DNA of 63,541 bases, the filler included, from Octopus bimaculoides (Eukaryota), in NCBI RefSeq assembly GCF_001194135.2. It is 6 parts of 6 records of this genome, joined end to end, with 100 filler letters (N's around TTAATTAATTAA, not from the genome) between each part and the next. Parts side by side here need not be neighbours in the genome. Positions count along the whole stretch, not along the records: positions 17,748 to 47,593 come from NC_068987.1; 5 more parts are not named here. One strand, given 5' to 3'. The notes beneath the pieces are model-generated. The model did not search any database, was not told the DNA's origin, and saw only the letters and a list, made by a program, of their open reading frames with translations. Shown here one piece after another: positions 25,965 to 38,775 of the stretch (the first letter of the stretch is position 1; every line of letters begins with the position of its first letter). The translations under genes were made by a program, and so were the position numbers.

Positions 25965-27171
25965 GACCCAGTTCTTCTTCACCTGCAGCTCCGGACCAAA
26001 CAAGGTCTTGGAGTCTACGCTCAGCAGCGTTATGAACCTAAAATTTTCAATTTGATGCCCCTTGTTTGGATCCTTTTTTAGCAGTACCACCGTTCCTTGA
26101 CACACAGAACTAGGAATTCTCTCGTTCTGTTGCCCGTTGCGGGCGGTAGATATTTGCTAAGAGGCTGCCAAACACCAAGCATATAACAGTAAATCTCGTA
26201 AGGCAGACCATCCAAGCTAGACGATTTTCCCACCGTACAGCCCATCATCGCATACCGTATTTCCACAACTGTTACCAGCCTTTCGCAACGTTCGGTCTAC
26301 CTTGCCGAGAGTCCTGGTATACCGTAGGGGTAGGCACTGATCCATTCTGAATTCTGAATTGCCATTCATACCATACAGTTGAGCGAAGTGCTACTGAAAT
26401 GCAGCAACATCTGCTTGGCTCGAATACCATGCGCCCACTTTGAACCACCAAAAACCAAATTGTGGATTTGTTGCCACGTTGCACCTCTGCCACTCGGGCT
26501 AATCGAGCGGCTTCCGTTCCCTTGTTTCCCATGCGCCTTAGCTCTGACAATGCATCCTCCGTGCTTAGCGTAGAATTGATCCGGGGTCAATCTCGCCGCG
26601 AGCACGTCGGTTGTAGTGCTTTCCTAAGCGCCTCTTCTACATTTCTAAGTTTCCATCTTTTTTTTTTCTCTTTTTATCGTTAATCCATTATTAAATTCAG
26701 TACTTTCCACTCTATTTACTCTTTTCAGGTTAACCCACCATTTGTTTTTGACGATTGACCCCCATCAACGCCCTCTTAACTAATACGCTAATCCGGTCTC
26801 TCTAAGCTTGGTACGCTAAGAGTAACGCGATCAGCTTCCAGTAACTGCGTCCCTTCCTACGAAACCTGTATCGGTCGACCATGCAGGCCGCAAATTTGTG
26901 GTCTGTGCAGGCAACGATTTTGGAAGTAGAGAACTTATGCTTACTTTATCTACGGACCTATAGCCTACTTTATCTAGATACAACCCAGATGACCTGATGT
27001 GGTTCATCCCTGTTCACACTGGCATATTTGAGAAATCCAGTCTGGACCAGTCAGACAATTGAAAATGTCTGAGCAGGTTTCAAGGCTTTTGCACCCCATC
27101 TTCTAACAGCTAATCCCATACAGTTTAAATGTATGTCCAAGATGGCATTCCAATCACCCACCAGCACTAAA
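25965..27171 (-). mobile_element. L1/Tx1-like ORF2 fragment (endonuclease C-terminus, linker, RT start)
   Basis: LVLVGDWNAILD, TDHKFA, GRSYWKLIALLL, VAEVQRGNKSTI and GKSSSLDGLPYEIY; frameshifted. Confidence 0.85.
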
Positions 27172-27283
27172 TNNNNNNNNNNNNNNNNNNNNNNNNNNNN
27201 NNNNNNNNNNNNNNNNNNNNNNNNNNNNNNNNNNNNNNNNNNNNNNNNNNNNNNNGGGGAGGAGGATTATGATGTTGATGCAA

Positions 27284-27371
<88 letters not shown>

Positions 27372-27829
27372 AAGAAGAAGAAGAAACAATAATAATAAAC
27401 AGATGCTACTTTGCTATGTAAACGTTGTATGTATACATGTAAAACAGAAAAACATAACCCCCTCCTACATAGGGTTTGATCAGCGTTCCATCAGTCTCAT
27501 TGTTTACAAAACATTGGCAAATACAAAAACAACAACAACAAAAAAACAACAAAGAAACAAAACGTAAACACTGTTACAATCGATAGAATTACAGAATTAC
27601 AGAATTATATTCCGTCCAAGGCAATGATTTTTAACTTTACGTGAATAGAGTTTTCTTTCGACCTCCCATTAAGTTGAGCGATTAGTTTGTTTCTTGGTGT
27701 GCCTTGGGACAAATTTAATCTCACATCATTTTAATTTTTTTTTTTACTCTTTCAATTTCCTATAAGACAATTACATAGACATATAAACATACACACATTT
27801 ACACAATACATATGTATATATGTATGAAA

Positions 27830-28545
27830 GGCGTCGAGCTACGTTCTGAGTTCAAATTCCGTCGACTTTGCTTTTCATCCTTTCGGGGTCGATTAACTAA
27901 CTACCAGTTACGCACTGGGCCGATATAATCGACTTAATCCGTTTGTCTGTCCTTGTTTGTCCCCTCTGTGGGTGGCCCCTTGCGGGCAGTGAAGAAATAA
28001 GAAACGTTAGCACGCCGGGCGAAATGCTTAGCGGTATTTCGTCTGCAGTTACGTTCTGAGTTCAAATTCCGCCGAGGTTGACTTTACCTTTCATCCTTTA
28101 GGGGTCGATAAATTAAGTACCAGCTGCATACTGGCGTCGATCTAATCAACTGCCCCCCCCCTCCCGTAAAATTTCGGGCCTTGTGCCTAGAATAGAAAAG
28201 AATATATATATATGTATGTGTGTGTGCATGTGTGTATGCGTGTGCGCATTTGTGTATGCCTGTGTGCATGTGTGTGAGTGTGCGTTTGTATGTATGTATC
28301 ATTTATCGTCTTTTTTTACTTGTTTTAGAAATGTGACTGCGGCCATGCTGGGGCACCGTCTTCAAGGGTTTCTGTCAAACAAACAGACCCCCGGGTCCTA
28401 TTTTCCTTTTTAAAGCCTAGCACTTATTATATCGGTAGCTTTGGTTTAACTACTAAGTTACAGTGGAGGTAAACACACCAACACCGGTTGTCAAGCGGTG
28501 GCGAGGGACGAACACAGACGCACGCGCATACACACACATAAGCGC

Positions 28546-28591
<46 letters not shown>

Positions 28592-30355
28592 ATATAAGGG
28601 TACAGGTCGTCACAAAACATGAAATACGAAGGCAGACTTGGATATGCGATCAACGAGAGAAACAAATGGAAAACAAGACAAGTAACATAAAGAACGATCC
28701 TTCATCAGTTGTTGGCTGTTCATCTACACTACATTTAAGAATGCGTCTGGTCACAGATAAGAATGCGTCCGGTCTGTGCAACAGACTAAAGGAAAAGAAA
28801 GATGATCACGTGAAGAAAAGAATGGTATAATTAGGACACATATGCCTTTGTAAAAATTATATTATGACGGTTAGCTGGCAGAATCGTTAGCACGTCCGGC
28901 AAAATGCTTAGAATCATTTCGCCCGTCTTTACATTCTGCGTTCAAACCCCAACAGGGTTGACTTTGCCTTTCATCCTTTCAGGGTCGATAAAGTTTAGCA
29001 CTGAGATCAATGTAATCGATTTACACCCTCCTCTAAAATTGTAATCCTTGAGCCAAAAGTTCAAACCAATATTTATTCTTCTTAAGTCTACGAGGTGACA
29101 GAATCGTTAGCAAGCTGGACAAAATGCTTAACGGCATTTTGCCTGTTTTTACGTTCTGAGTTCAAATGCCGCCGAGGTCAACTTTACTTTCCAGATTTTC
29201 AGGATCGATAAAATAAGTACCAGTTGAGCATTGGGTCGATGTAATCGAGTGACCATTCACCCAAAATTGCCGGCCTTGTGTAAACAAATTCAAGGCCCTT
29301 GTTAGTAAGACTACAAGCTGGTAGAATCGTTACCACACCGCGCAAAATGCTTAGCGACATCTCTTACGACTTAACACTCTGAGTTCACATATCACTGAAG
29401 TCGTCTTTTCCTTTTGTCCTTTCGTGAGCGATGAAATAAATACCAGGTAAGTCCAGGGATCGATGTGATTGATGCGGGTACTCCCACTAAATTACTGGCC
29501 TTGTGTCAGTTTGAAGCCAATATTTATTATTAGTAATTGTGCCAACGAAGGTGGATTGACAGAATCACTTGCGCATCGGACAAAATGCTTTGTAGTATTC
29601 ATCTACGGCGTTTCATATTCTGATTTTAAATCCTGCCGCGGTCAACTTTGCATTAGGATACCAGTCATGTACTGGGATTTTATGTTATCGAGTTCCTCTT
29701 CTAATCAAAATTGCTGGACTTTGTAGCTGTTATTACTAGAATGGACAAAATATATCGGTATATTTGTTCGTGCTATTTAAATTCTGGGTTCAAACGTCCC
29801 TGAGATCAACTTTAAATTTAATACTTTTCTGGGTCCATAAAATAAAGCACCAGTCAATTAATGATATCGATAACTATCGACTGATTCCCCTCTCCTAAAT
29901 TTCAGGGTCTTGGGCCGAGACTAGAAACAATTTTTAGCAGATGAATTGTGACAGAAACAATATCAATGCGATATCTAGTTACGCTTCTTTCTGCCTTCCC
30001 CTTTGAAATCCAGCTGCAGAACTTTCTTTTTATCCCTCCAGTATCACGGATCAATGAAATTTTAGTCGACGATTATTCTCCTCCCAACGACATATGTGAC
30101 CTTGTTCCAATGTAAAGAACTATTACTTATAGATGAATCCGAGCGATATATTGTAGGAAATGAAAAAATACTGGACAATATACACCATATTTTCCAATGT
30201 CCCTTAACCATGTAAGTGCTATCTATATGGTTAAGTAGTACCACTCCCTTAATCGTTAACGTACCAATCAAATTTAGTCATATTACGCGACTATTCTCCT
30301 TCTCACACAATCGCCGTTATTAAGAAACAAAAATTCTGGCCTTGGGCCAAAGCTG
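27830..30355 (+). mobile_element. Array of about 8-9 same-orientation family-B SINE copies of increasing decay, with other repeats interspersed at 28200-28860
   Basis: Recurring gttctgagttcaaa / gtcgactttgcctttcatcc / ggccttgtg modules at ~27840, 28050, 28930, 29150, 29375, 29610, 29780, 30050 and 30330. Confidence 0.8.
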
Positions 30356-30643
30356 ATATCCATATTGTTTGTAATAGCAGATATAATAAAAGTCAAAGAT
30401 TTTGTCGCTCTTTCTAATATTGTTGCCCGCATCGTTCTTATAATTGTATTTGTACATAAATCGGATTACTATACGATTGTTAGATTCGGCCAGAAGCTAT
30501 CCCATATCACGGAAAAGAACCCTAGCACGTGTTTATACTCCACGCCAGGGAATTAACATAAGGTATAGGCAGAAATTTAATATATATATATAAATAGTAT
30601 GTGTGTGTATGTGTGCGTGTGTGTGTGTATATGTGTGTGTGTA

Positions 30644-30711
<68 letters not shown>

Positions 30712-30841
30712 AGCATGTATGTATTTATATGTATGCATGTATTTATATTTATGCATGTATTTATATGTATGTATGTATTGTTATATTTGGAGACGGTCAT
30801 TTTGCCAATAAACACACGCACTATTTGACTTTCTCTTCAGC

Positions 30842-30882
<41 letters not shown>

Positions 30883-31031
30883 GTTGTTTTTTTTCTTCTT
30901 TCTTCAAATTTTCTTCCATTTCTCGCCGAGTACTTTCCGTACACCTAGGGCAGAGAAGCTCATTGTATCTTGTTTTATAATTTATTCTTACCATTGTCAA
31001 AAAAGAAGGAATTTTGAAATAGGCACAATCA

Positions 31032-31076
31032 GACTGTCTGATGAGGCAAGCCAGCCGAAACTTCGAAATCACAATC
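31032..31076 (+). ncRNA. Minimal type-I hammerhead ribozyme motif, slightly decayed
   Basis: gactgt-CTGATGA-ggc[aagcca]gcc-GAAA-cttcgaaa-TC-acaatc. Helix I pairs 5 of 6, helix II has 3 bp, and helix III is one change from palindromic ACUUCGAAGU. Confidence 0.6.
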
Positions 31077-31127
31077 AACCTTTTCCTTCTAAAAGTTTGA
31101 TATATATATATATATATATTTTAAATT

Positions 31128-31396
31128 CCTTTACTTGTTCCAATCATTGGAGTGCAGCGATGCTGGAGAACTGCCTTAAAGGGGTTTAGTATTATTCTTT
31201 ATAAGCCTAGTTCTTATTCCATCGTTCTGTTTCTCCAAGCCGCTAAGTTACGAGAACCTCAACACACCAGCATCGGTTGTCAAGCGATGGTGGAGATACA
31301 AACACAGATACACTCACATAAATATATACACACACACACGCACACACATACACACACGCACACACACACACACACGCACACGCACACACACACACG

Positions 31397-31458
<62 letters not shown>

Positions 31459-31622
31459 TATGTATTCGACAGGCTTCTTTTAGTTTCCGTCTACCAAATC
31501 CACTCACTAGGCTTTGGTCGGCCCGAGTCTATAGAAGACACTGCCCGAAGGTACCACGCAGTGGGACTGAAGCCAGAACCATGTGATTGGGAAGCAATCT
31601 TCTTACCACGCAGCCACGCCTA
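31128..31622 (-). mobile_element. Family-A composite SINE
   Basis: All modules present, long internal (CA)n/(TG)n. Confidence 0.85.
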
Positions 31623-32112
31623 CACGTATGTACATGCATACATACATACATACATACTTACATACATACTTACATACATACATGGTGGTTGTCTACTCCT
31701 TAAACAGAGTTTGACCACCTCCTGCACCTACACCTTAGCCCTTTCATGGCGTCTGATGTGGCTTTTTAAACCAGACAGTGTTTTGAAAAAACACCCACAC
31801 AGATTGCACCTCTGATTTGCACTACCAATACCTGCAAGACAGACAGACAGGCAGGCAGGCAGACAGACAGACACACAGACAGACACGCACATACATGTAT
31901 AATTGGAAATTAATGTTCTTTTTATTTTGTTCTTTTAGCTCAATTAATTAATTCTTCCGCATTCGAGTCAATCTCAATACTCGTATATAAAATACAATTG
32001 CACATATTCACCTATTTATTCCTCAATTACTCGAAGGTTGCATATTACGATTTACATCTGATTAGATCATATTACCGAGACTAGACATGTGTTGGTGTAT
32101 GTATGTGTTTAT

Positions 32113-32148
<36 letters not shown>

Positions 32149-33526
32149 GTGAGTTGTTGCATATGTGTCTGTGTTTGAATTCATATGGTTCGTGTGCGTG
32201 TCTCTTTGCATGTGCGTGCGTCTGTCTGTGTTTGTGCTTCTCGTGTTGTGTTTGTGTGTATATATATATGTATGAGCTTATGTGTCAATATATGAGAGAC
32301 AGAAAGAGACAAAGAGAGAACGTGTGAGTGCGTCTGTGTGTGTGTGTGTGTGTGTTTGTATGTGTGTGTGTATGAGTGTGTGTGAGGGAGAAAGAGAAAA
32401 TGAGAGAGAATGTGTGCTTGTTTGTGTGAGCATGTGTGCTTGTGTGTGTAACTGTTTTTCCATGTGTATGTGTGATTGTGTGAGTGAGCCTGTATCTTTC
32501 TTTGTGTATGTGTGTGTGTGTGTGCGTATGTGTTGGTATCTTTGTGTGTGTCTGTATGTGTGCGTATGTGTCCCTGTATTTTTCTGTGTGCGTATGTGCG
32601 AGTATCTTTGAGTGTGTGTATGTGTATTTTGAACGTTTCCCAATCGAGAATTACAAAGGCATAGAGAAAGCCCTGCTGTTAACCTTCCTTTCATCATGGC
32701 TGAACTTACAGGACGCTAACGACGACCACCGCCCCCAACAACAAAAACATCAAGAACTATAAGGAGCAGGTGGTAGCACAACATATATTTTGGGACCAGA
32801 GGTGCGATTTAATATAAAAAGGAGGTGGTAATAAGACTAAGAAAACGGTGAAGGCATACAAAGGAAAGAAGAGTGAAGAAGAAACTGCGGTGGCTTGAGA
32901 AGGAGGGAAGTAATGGGATAGTGTGGAATTGTTAACTAACAACGGGAGTTGAGGTATGAGGAGACTGTGGTGCGTTTGTGCAATGTGTGCGCCTGCGTTG
33001 TAGAATTATTGATGGTAAAAATACATGATAGCCTAAGTGTCTGACATTAAATAATGACTGAACAGTCACACGCATATGCATGCATACATGCATACATACA
33101 TACATACATACATACATACATACATACATACATACATACATACATACATACATACATAGGTATATTGTATCTTAGTAGTGAGAGGAGTTAAACTGGAACC
33201 CAGGAGGAAATGATAAGCAGTGATTGGCCACATTTGCTGACCAAGCAATGATAGGGTGACGTGGTTCAAGATCGAAACATCCGATGATCTTTGGTTGCAC
33301 TCTGATGACATCAATTCCTCCTGGTCAAAGCAACATTCATTTTGGTGAGTAGAAAAGAAGTACCAGGGTGTTATCAGTAATATATATCCACCGGTGTATA
33401 TATATATATAAAACTTACTTGGAAAAGGATGCGTGGAGTTCGATCATATAATAAATTAAATAATATATAGATATATGCATATATCCATACATATATGTAC
33501 ATACCTACATCTATATGTATACATAC

Positions 33527-34042
33527 ATGCATATATGGGTACAGTACATCACTAAAAAAAAAAAAAACGCTAAACACAATGAGAAACGAAAACATAGACG
33601 AAAACAGAAAACGAACTTTTTGCGAACAGCGAAAAGAGCAAACAGAAAAACGAGATATGCAACATAAAGAGTATATCCCTTCGTCAGTTTTCCCTGTTCC
33701 ATCTACTCCGCGTTTCGAAAGCAAGGACAATACGCGACTTCGTTGGAACAGTCCATCCCGCAAGGCAAATTAAGTAAAATTTGGAATTTTTTGCGGAGGG
33801 TAAAAGTGTTAACAAGAACAGGACAGTGAGAACAAGACAGTAAAAACAAACGGTGAGGGCTGTTGATCCAAGACGATAGAAAAATTATTATAAACGCTAG
33901 GTGCCATGATAGAAGAGACAGAAAAAACACGTCGTTTTTATCGTTGTTCGAAAGAAGTTCGTTTTCTGTTTTCGTTTTTATGTTTTCGTTTCTCTTTGTG
34001 TTTAACGTTTTTTTTTTTTATGTCCTGTACCCATATATGCAT
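33527..34042. repeat. ~105-bp inverted repeat pair with ~300-bp spacer; member of a dispersed family
   Basis: 33527-33635 is the reverse complement of 33936-34042; related sequence at ~28600-28720 and ~54410-54530. Confidence 0.85.
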
Positions 34043-34367
34043 TTTTATATCGCCTAACTGTCCGGATGTTTTGTTGTCGCCAGTTCCGTTCTTGTTCCAC
34101 GATGACGTTTTACGTTGACCAGGACTACTTTGTAGAAGAAATACTGATAAGTCAACTAGTTCATTCAGTGAATTACACCTGAATCAAAACGACAAAAATG
34201 TAAAAAAAAATCTATGGCATATATATACACGTACACCCTCCTATAGATTCACACACACACACATATATTTATATATACATATTCATATATTTAATGAATA
34301 ATTCCACTAGAAAAAGGATATGTGTATTTGCATCGGGACGTTTTTCGCTTCGAAGATCGGCGATTGT

Positions 34368-34412
34368 CGTACGCTGAGGACGGGTAAATACCCAGAAACT
34401 CGAGTCCGTACG
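34368..34412 (+). ncRNA. Minimal type-I hammerhead ribozyme motif, GUC cleavage triplet
   Basis: cgtacg-CTGAGGA-c-gggt[aaat]accc-a-GAAA-ctcgag-TC-cgtacg. Helix I has 6 perfect bp, helix II 4 bp plus a C.A mismatch, and helix III is palindromic ACUCGAGU. Predicted cut after 34406. Confidence 0.8.
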
Positions 34413-34596
34413 TATCACAGATCAAGATGGGAAGGATGACTTCCCTTTGCAAATACAGACAGGACACAGATGTGTGTCAATAGGCAGCTGGAGGAGATGT
34501 TCTCCTGGGGCTAAAAGCAACAGTAACATCCACCCTTAGGGGTCAGCCACATTTAAGTGGCAAATATACTTCATATATTTAATATTTTTAGACTAA

Positions 34597-34740
34597 TAAG
34601 GCGGCGAGATGGCAAAAACGTTAGCACGCGGGGCGAAATGCATAGCGGTTCGGCAAAAGACCAATACGATAAGTACTAGGCTTACAAAGAATGAGTCTTG
34701 GCCGCGGTCAAATGACTAAAACAAATAAAAGAATAAAAAA
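34597..34740 (+). mobile_element. Chimeric SINE: family-B head joined to family-A tail
   Basis: Switch occurs within tagcggt (34643-34649), which both families share. Confidence 0.7.
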
Positions 34741-34779
34741 TAGAAGAATAAAGACATACACATATAAATACGTAAATAC

Positions 34780-34815
<36 letters not shown>

Positions 34816-36929
34816 CAAAAGAAAAACACACTCATATATACCTATATACATATACACACTCATAAGTATGTACCCATACTCACGTGTAAATACATACAAA
34901 ATGCCACACACGACTCACATATAACTGTGTATGGTTGTGTGGNNNNNNNNNNNNNNNNNNNNNNNNNNNNNNNNNNNNNNNNNNNNNNNNNNNNNNNNNN
35001 NNNNNNNNNNNNNNNNNNNNNNNNNNNNNNNNNNNNNNNNNNNNNNNNNNNNNNNNNNNNNNNNNNNNNNNNNNNNNNNNNNNNNNNNNNNNNNNNNNNN
35101 NNNNNNNNNNNNNNNNNNNNNNNNNNNNNNNNNNNNNNNNNNNNNNNNNNNNNNNNNNNNNNNNNNNNNNNNNNNNNNNNNNNNNNNNNNNNNNNNNNNN
35201 NNNNNNNNNNNNNNNNNNNNNNNNNNNNNNNNNNNNNNNNNNNNNNNNNNNNNNNNNNNNNNNNNNNNNNNNNNNNNNNNNNNNNNNNNNNNNNNNNNNN
35301 NNNNNNNNNNNNNNNNNNAGTCATTGAAAATTGGTTGCAAGAAAAACAAAAGCAATCTGCAGTGCTAAAGGCTAATATATATATATTTCGGTTTCCCCGT
35401 GCTTTTTGCTGTATAAGGGCGTTGCACTTGTATTTAACTGTATGAGTGCGAGTTCGTATATTTGTAGGTTTTGTGACTGTGTGTGTCTTAGTTCGTGTGT
35501 TTCGATGTGATCGTCTGTTCGCGGCGTGCGCGGGTGTATGTGTGTGCGTGTGTGTGTGTGTGTTTGTGCGTGTGTATGTGTACATGATTATTTCTAAGTG
35601 TGTTTGAGTATGTGGAGAATACTTGTTTAGGTCCATTTTTCTTGGCTTTTCATTTTGTTTTAGTTGTTTGAGCCATGTATATATTTTATTAATTTATTTA
35701 TGGGTTTCAGCCAAGTGGCTGTGGTCATGCTGGAGCACCACCGTATGTATATGTATGTATATATATATATGTGAGTGTGTGTGCGTGTGTGCGCGCGTCT
35801 ATATGTATGTATATATATGTATATGTAAATATATACATATATAGATGTTGTCATATTTATCACCAATTATGCGCGCCTGTATATGTGTGTGTGTGATTGT
35901 ATGTATGTGTGTGTGAGTGCGTGCGTGCGTGCGTGCATGCGTGTGTGCGTGCGCATTTGCCTCCGTGCGGATGTTTCTATTATCATTTACGCGCTTCAGT
36001 TATTGCACTGCTTCTATGATGGGGCATCACCTTGAATCGTTTTATTTGAGCAAATCACCCCAGTAGTTTATTATATAGCCTGGTACTTTGTCGATCACCA
36101 TTTTTACCGAACTGCTACGTTTCAAGTATGTAAACAAATCAACAGCGTCACTTGTACACACATATACACACATCTTAAATATATATANNNNNNNNNNNNN
36201 NNNNNNNNNNNNNNNNNNNNNNNNNNNNNNNNNNNNNNNNNNNNNNNNNNNNNNNNNNNNNNNNNNNNNNNNNNNNNNNNNNNNNNNNNNNNNNNNNNNN
36301 NNNNNNNNNNNNNNNNNNNNNNNNNNNNNNNNNNNNNNNNNNNNNNNNNNNNNNNNNNNNNNNNNNNNNNNNNNNNNNNNNNNNNNNNNNNNNNNNNNNN
36401 NNNNNNNNNNNNNNNNNNNNNNNNNNNNNNNNNNNNNNNNNNNNNNNNNNNNNNNNNNNNNNNNNNNNNNNNNNNNNNNNNNNNNNNNNNNNNNNNNNNN
36501 NNATATATACCTAGCTAGTTATAGCTGCAAATTCCGCTCTAACAGCATTAATTGTACCAGTTTTTATCAAATGATGGCTGTGCAGGGAATTTTCTAATCC
36601 ACCGGAGTGAATTCAAGAGAGTAAATAGGTAGAATCTCTCCTCAACAAAAAATCGAGTCAAACACAGAAGTCAATTAAACTGAGGCAAGTGTAGCTTCCA
36701 CCTCAAAACAAAATAGATACCCTGCTTTAGATAGATTAACAATGAATAGAAGTGTGATGAACTACGGATCGCAGTCCTTCAAAGATCAAACCAAGATCGA
36801 GCAGCCATAGACATACATAAATGGTGCATGGGTAATACGGGATAGTATAGATTATTTAGACAAACGTAAACTGAAATATAGAAGATCAACGAAGGAGATG
36901 TTGGTAAAGTAATTCTTTCTAATTTTGGA

Positions 36930-37785
36930 CAAGGGCAGCAATTTTGGGAGGAGGGGGAGTCTATTACGTCGACTTCACTACTGAAATGGCACTTAATTTA
37001 TTGACCCCGACAAAATTGAAAAGCGAAGTCGAGATTATCGACATTTGAACTCAAAACATAGAGCCGAAAGATATTCCACAATGCGTTTTGTGCGGGATTG
37101 TAGCGATTCTGTTATTTCGACCCAATTCGCAAGTAAAATAATGGTTCTAAATTAAGGCACAAGGCCAGCAATTTTAAGGGAAGGATAAGTGGATTGCATC
37201 AACCTCATTGTTCAACTGGTACTTATTTTATCGACCTCGAAAGAATAAAAAGGAAATCGACCTCAGAGCAAAATAACGAGAAGACATGCCGCCAAACACC
37301 CTGTACAGCGGTGCAGTACCGATTCTGTAAGTTCGCACCATTTTGCTAGTAAAATAATACTTTCTAATAAAGGCGCAAGGCCTGAAATTTTGGATTAGAA
37401 GTTAAGTCGATTACATCGACCCAATACTCTACTGATATTTATTTTATCGACCACAAAGCATAAAAGGCAAAGTCTACCGCGGAATTTGAACTCAGAGCTT
37501 AAAGACAGACGAAATGCTGCTATGAGTTTTTGCCAGCGTGCTAACGGTTCTGCCAGTTCCCCACTTTAATAATGATGATAATTCAGGGCCTGAAATTGTT
37601 GGGAGGGAAGCTAAGTCGATTACAATGACCTCAGTGGTCAACTGGTACTTATTTTATCGACCCCAGAAGGCTGAAAGTAAAGTCGACCTCGACGAAATTT
37701 GAACTTAGAACGTAAAGACAGACGAAATGCCGCTAAGCATTTTGTCCTGCGGGCTAACGATTTTGCTATTTCGACCCATTTTGCT
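36930..37785 (-). mobile_element. Array of about four head-to-tail family-B SINEs
   Basis: Repeated caactggtacttattttatcgacc / aaagtcgacc / tttgaactcaga modules about every 210 bp. Confidence 0.8.
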
Positions 37786-38775
37786 AGCAAAACCACGAAC
37801 AAGACATTACAATAAGTTAGAACAGATGCATCCTGAAGACGTGGGATTTTCTCTGCACCAATCCTTTCAGAAATGTTAACGTGTGCCTTCAGCTGAAGAA
37901 GGTTGCAGTGCGAGTAATGACGGGTTATAGTGGCGTGATGTGTTCTAACCCATCCCACTCGGTGGATTCTACCCTTCGCGTGGGCGAAAACCCAAAATGT
38001 TTTCCATTATTTATTTCATGCTTAATTATATCTTGTTTTAATTAATATTATGTATATTTGATTATTTCTGAGTAATTGTGTTTTTATTAATGTATAACAT
38101 TTCCCCACTTTAATTATATAATTCTATCACCCACATTTGCAGTGAATTTATATAAATAACAGCCTGGCGCATGTACCTTTAAATTTCCTACAACGAGCGG
38201 AAGCTTAAAACAGCGTGTGGGAGTGAACAGCCAAGTTCACACACACACACGTGCGCGCGCGCACACATATACACATAACCAAAAAAGAAAAGCACTGTAA
38301 AGTGCAATATGCAACCGAAATCGGGCTCAGTGGTGGACTCCCCATTCCTTTCTGGTATAGTATGACGTGTGGCGCCTAACTTGGGATAGGTTTGAGTGAG
38401 GAATGTTCTAGCCTATGAATGTGTGTGTATATGTGTGTGTATGTGTGTGTGTGTGTCCGTGTCTCTGTGTGTATGTTTGTGTGCGTGTATGTATATATGT
38501 ATGTACGTCTGTATATATTCATATACTTTATCGAAGTTTCTATTCTCAAACCAAACCAATTTCACTTCAATATTGTTGATAGTAGCAATAAGACGTAACA
38601 TGGCAATCGCTCTGTTCCACTTGAGTCGGCTATAATTCCGTAACCCTAAAACTCTCCTGCTAAAAATCATAATCACCGCAATAAATTTTAGCTGCTTGCC
38701 ATCAAATTATATATGAATACTTCATCATAAGAATAGTAGCCGAAAGTATTCTCGGCCGAAAGGTCAATATATTGT

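Noticed and set aside
32710-32756. Minus-strand exon-like segment (FLMFLLLGAVVVVSV) with gtaagt donor
   Set aside because: Low-complexity composition, no recognisable homology, and no supporting neighbouring exons; chance splice signals are common in this much DNA
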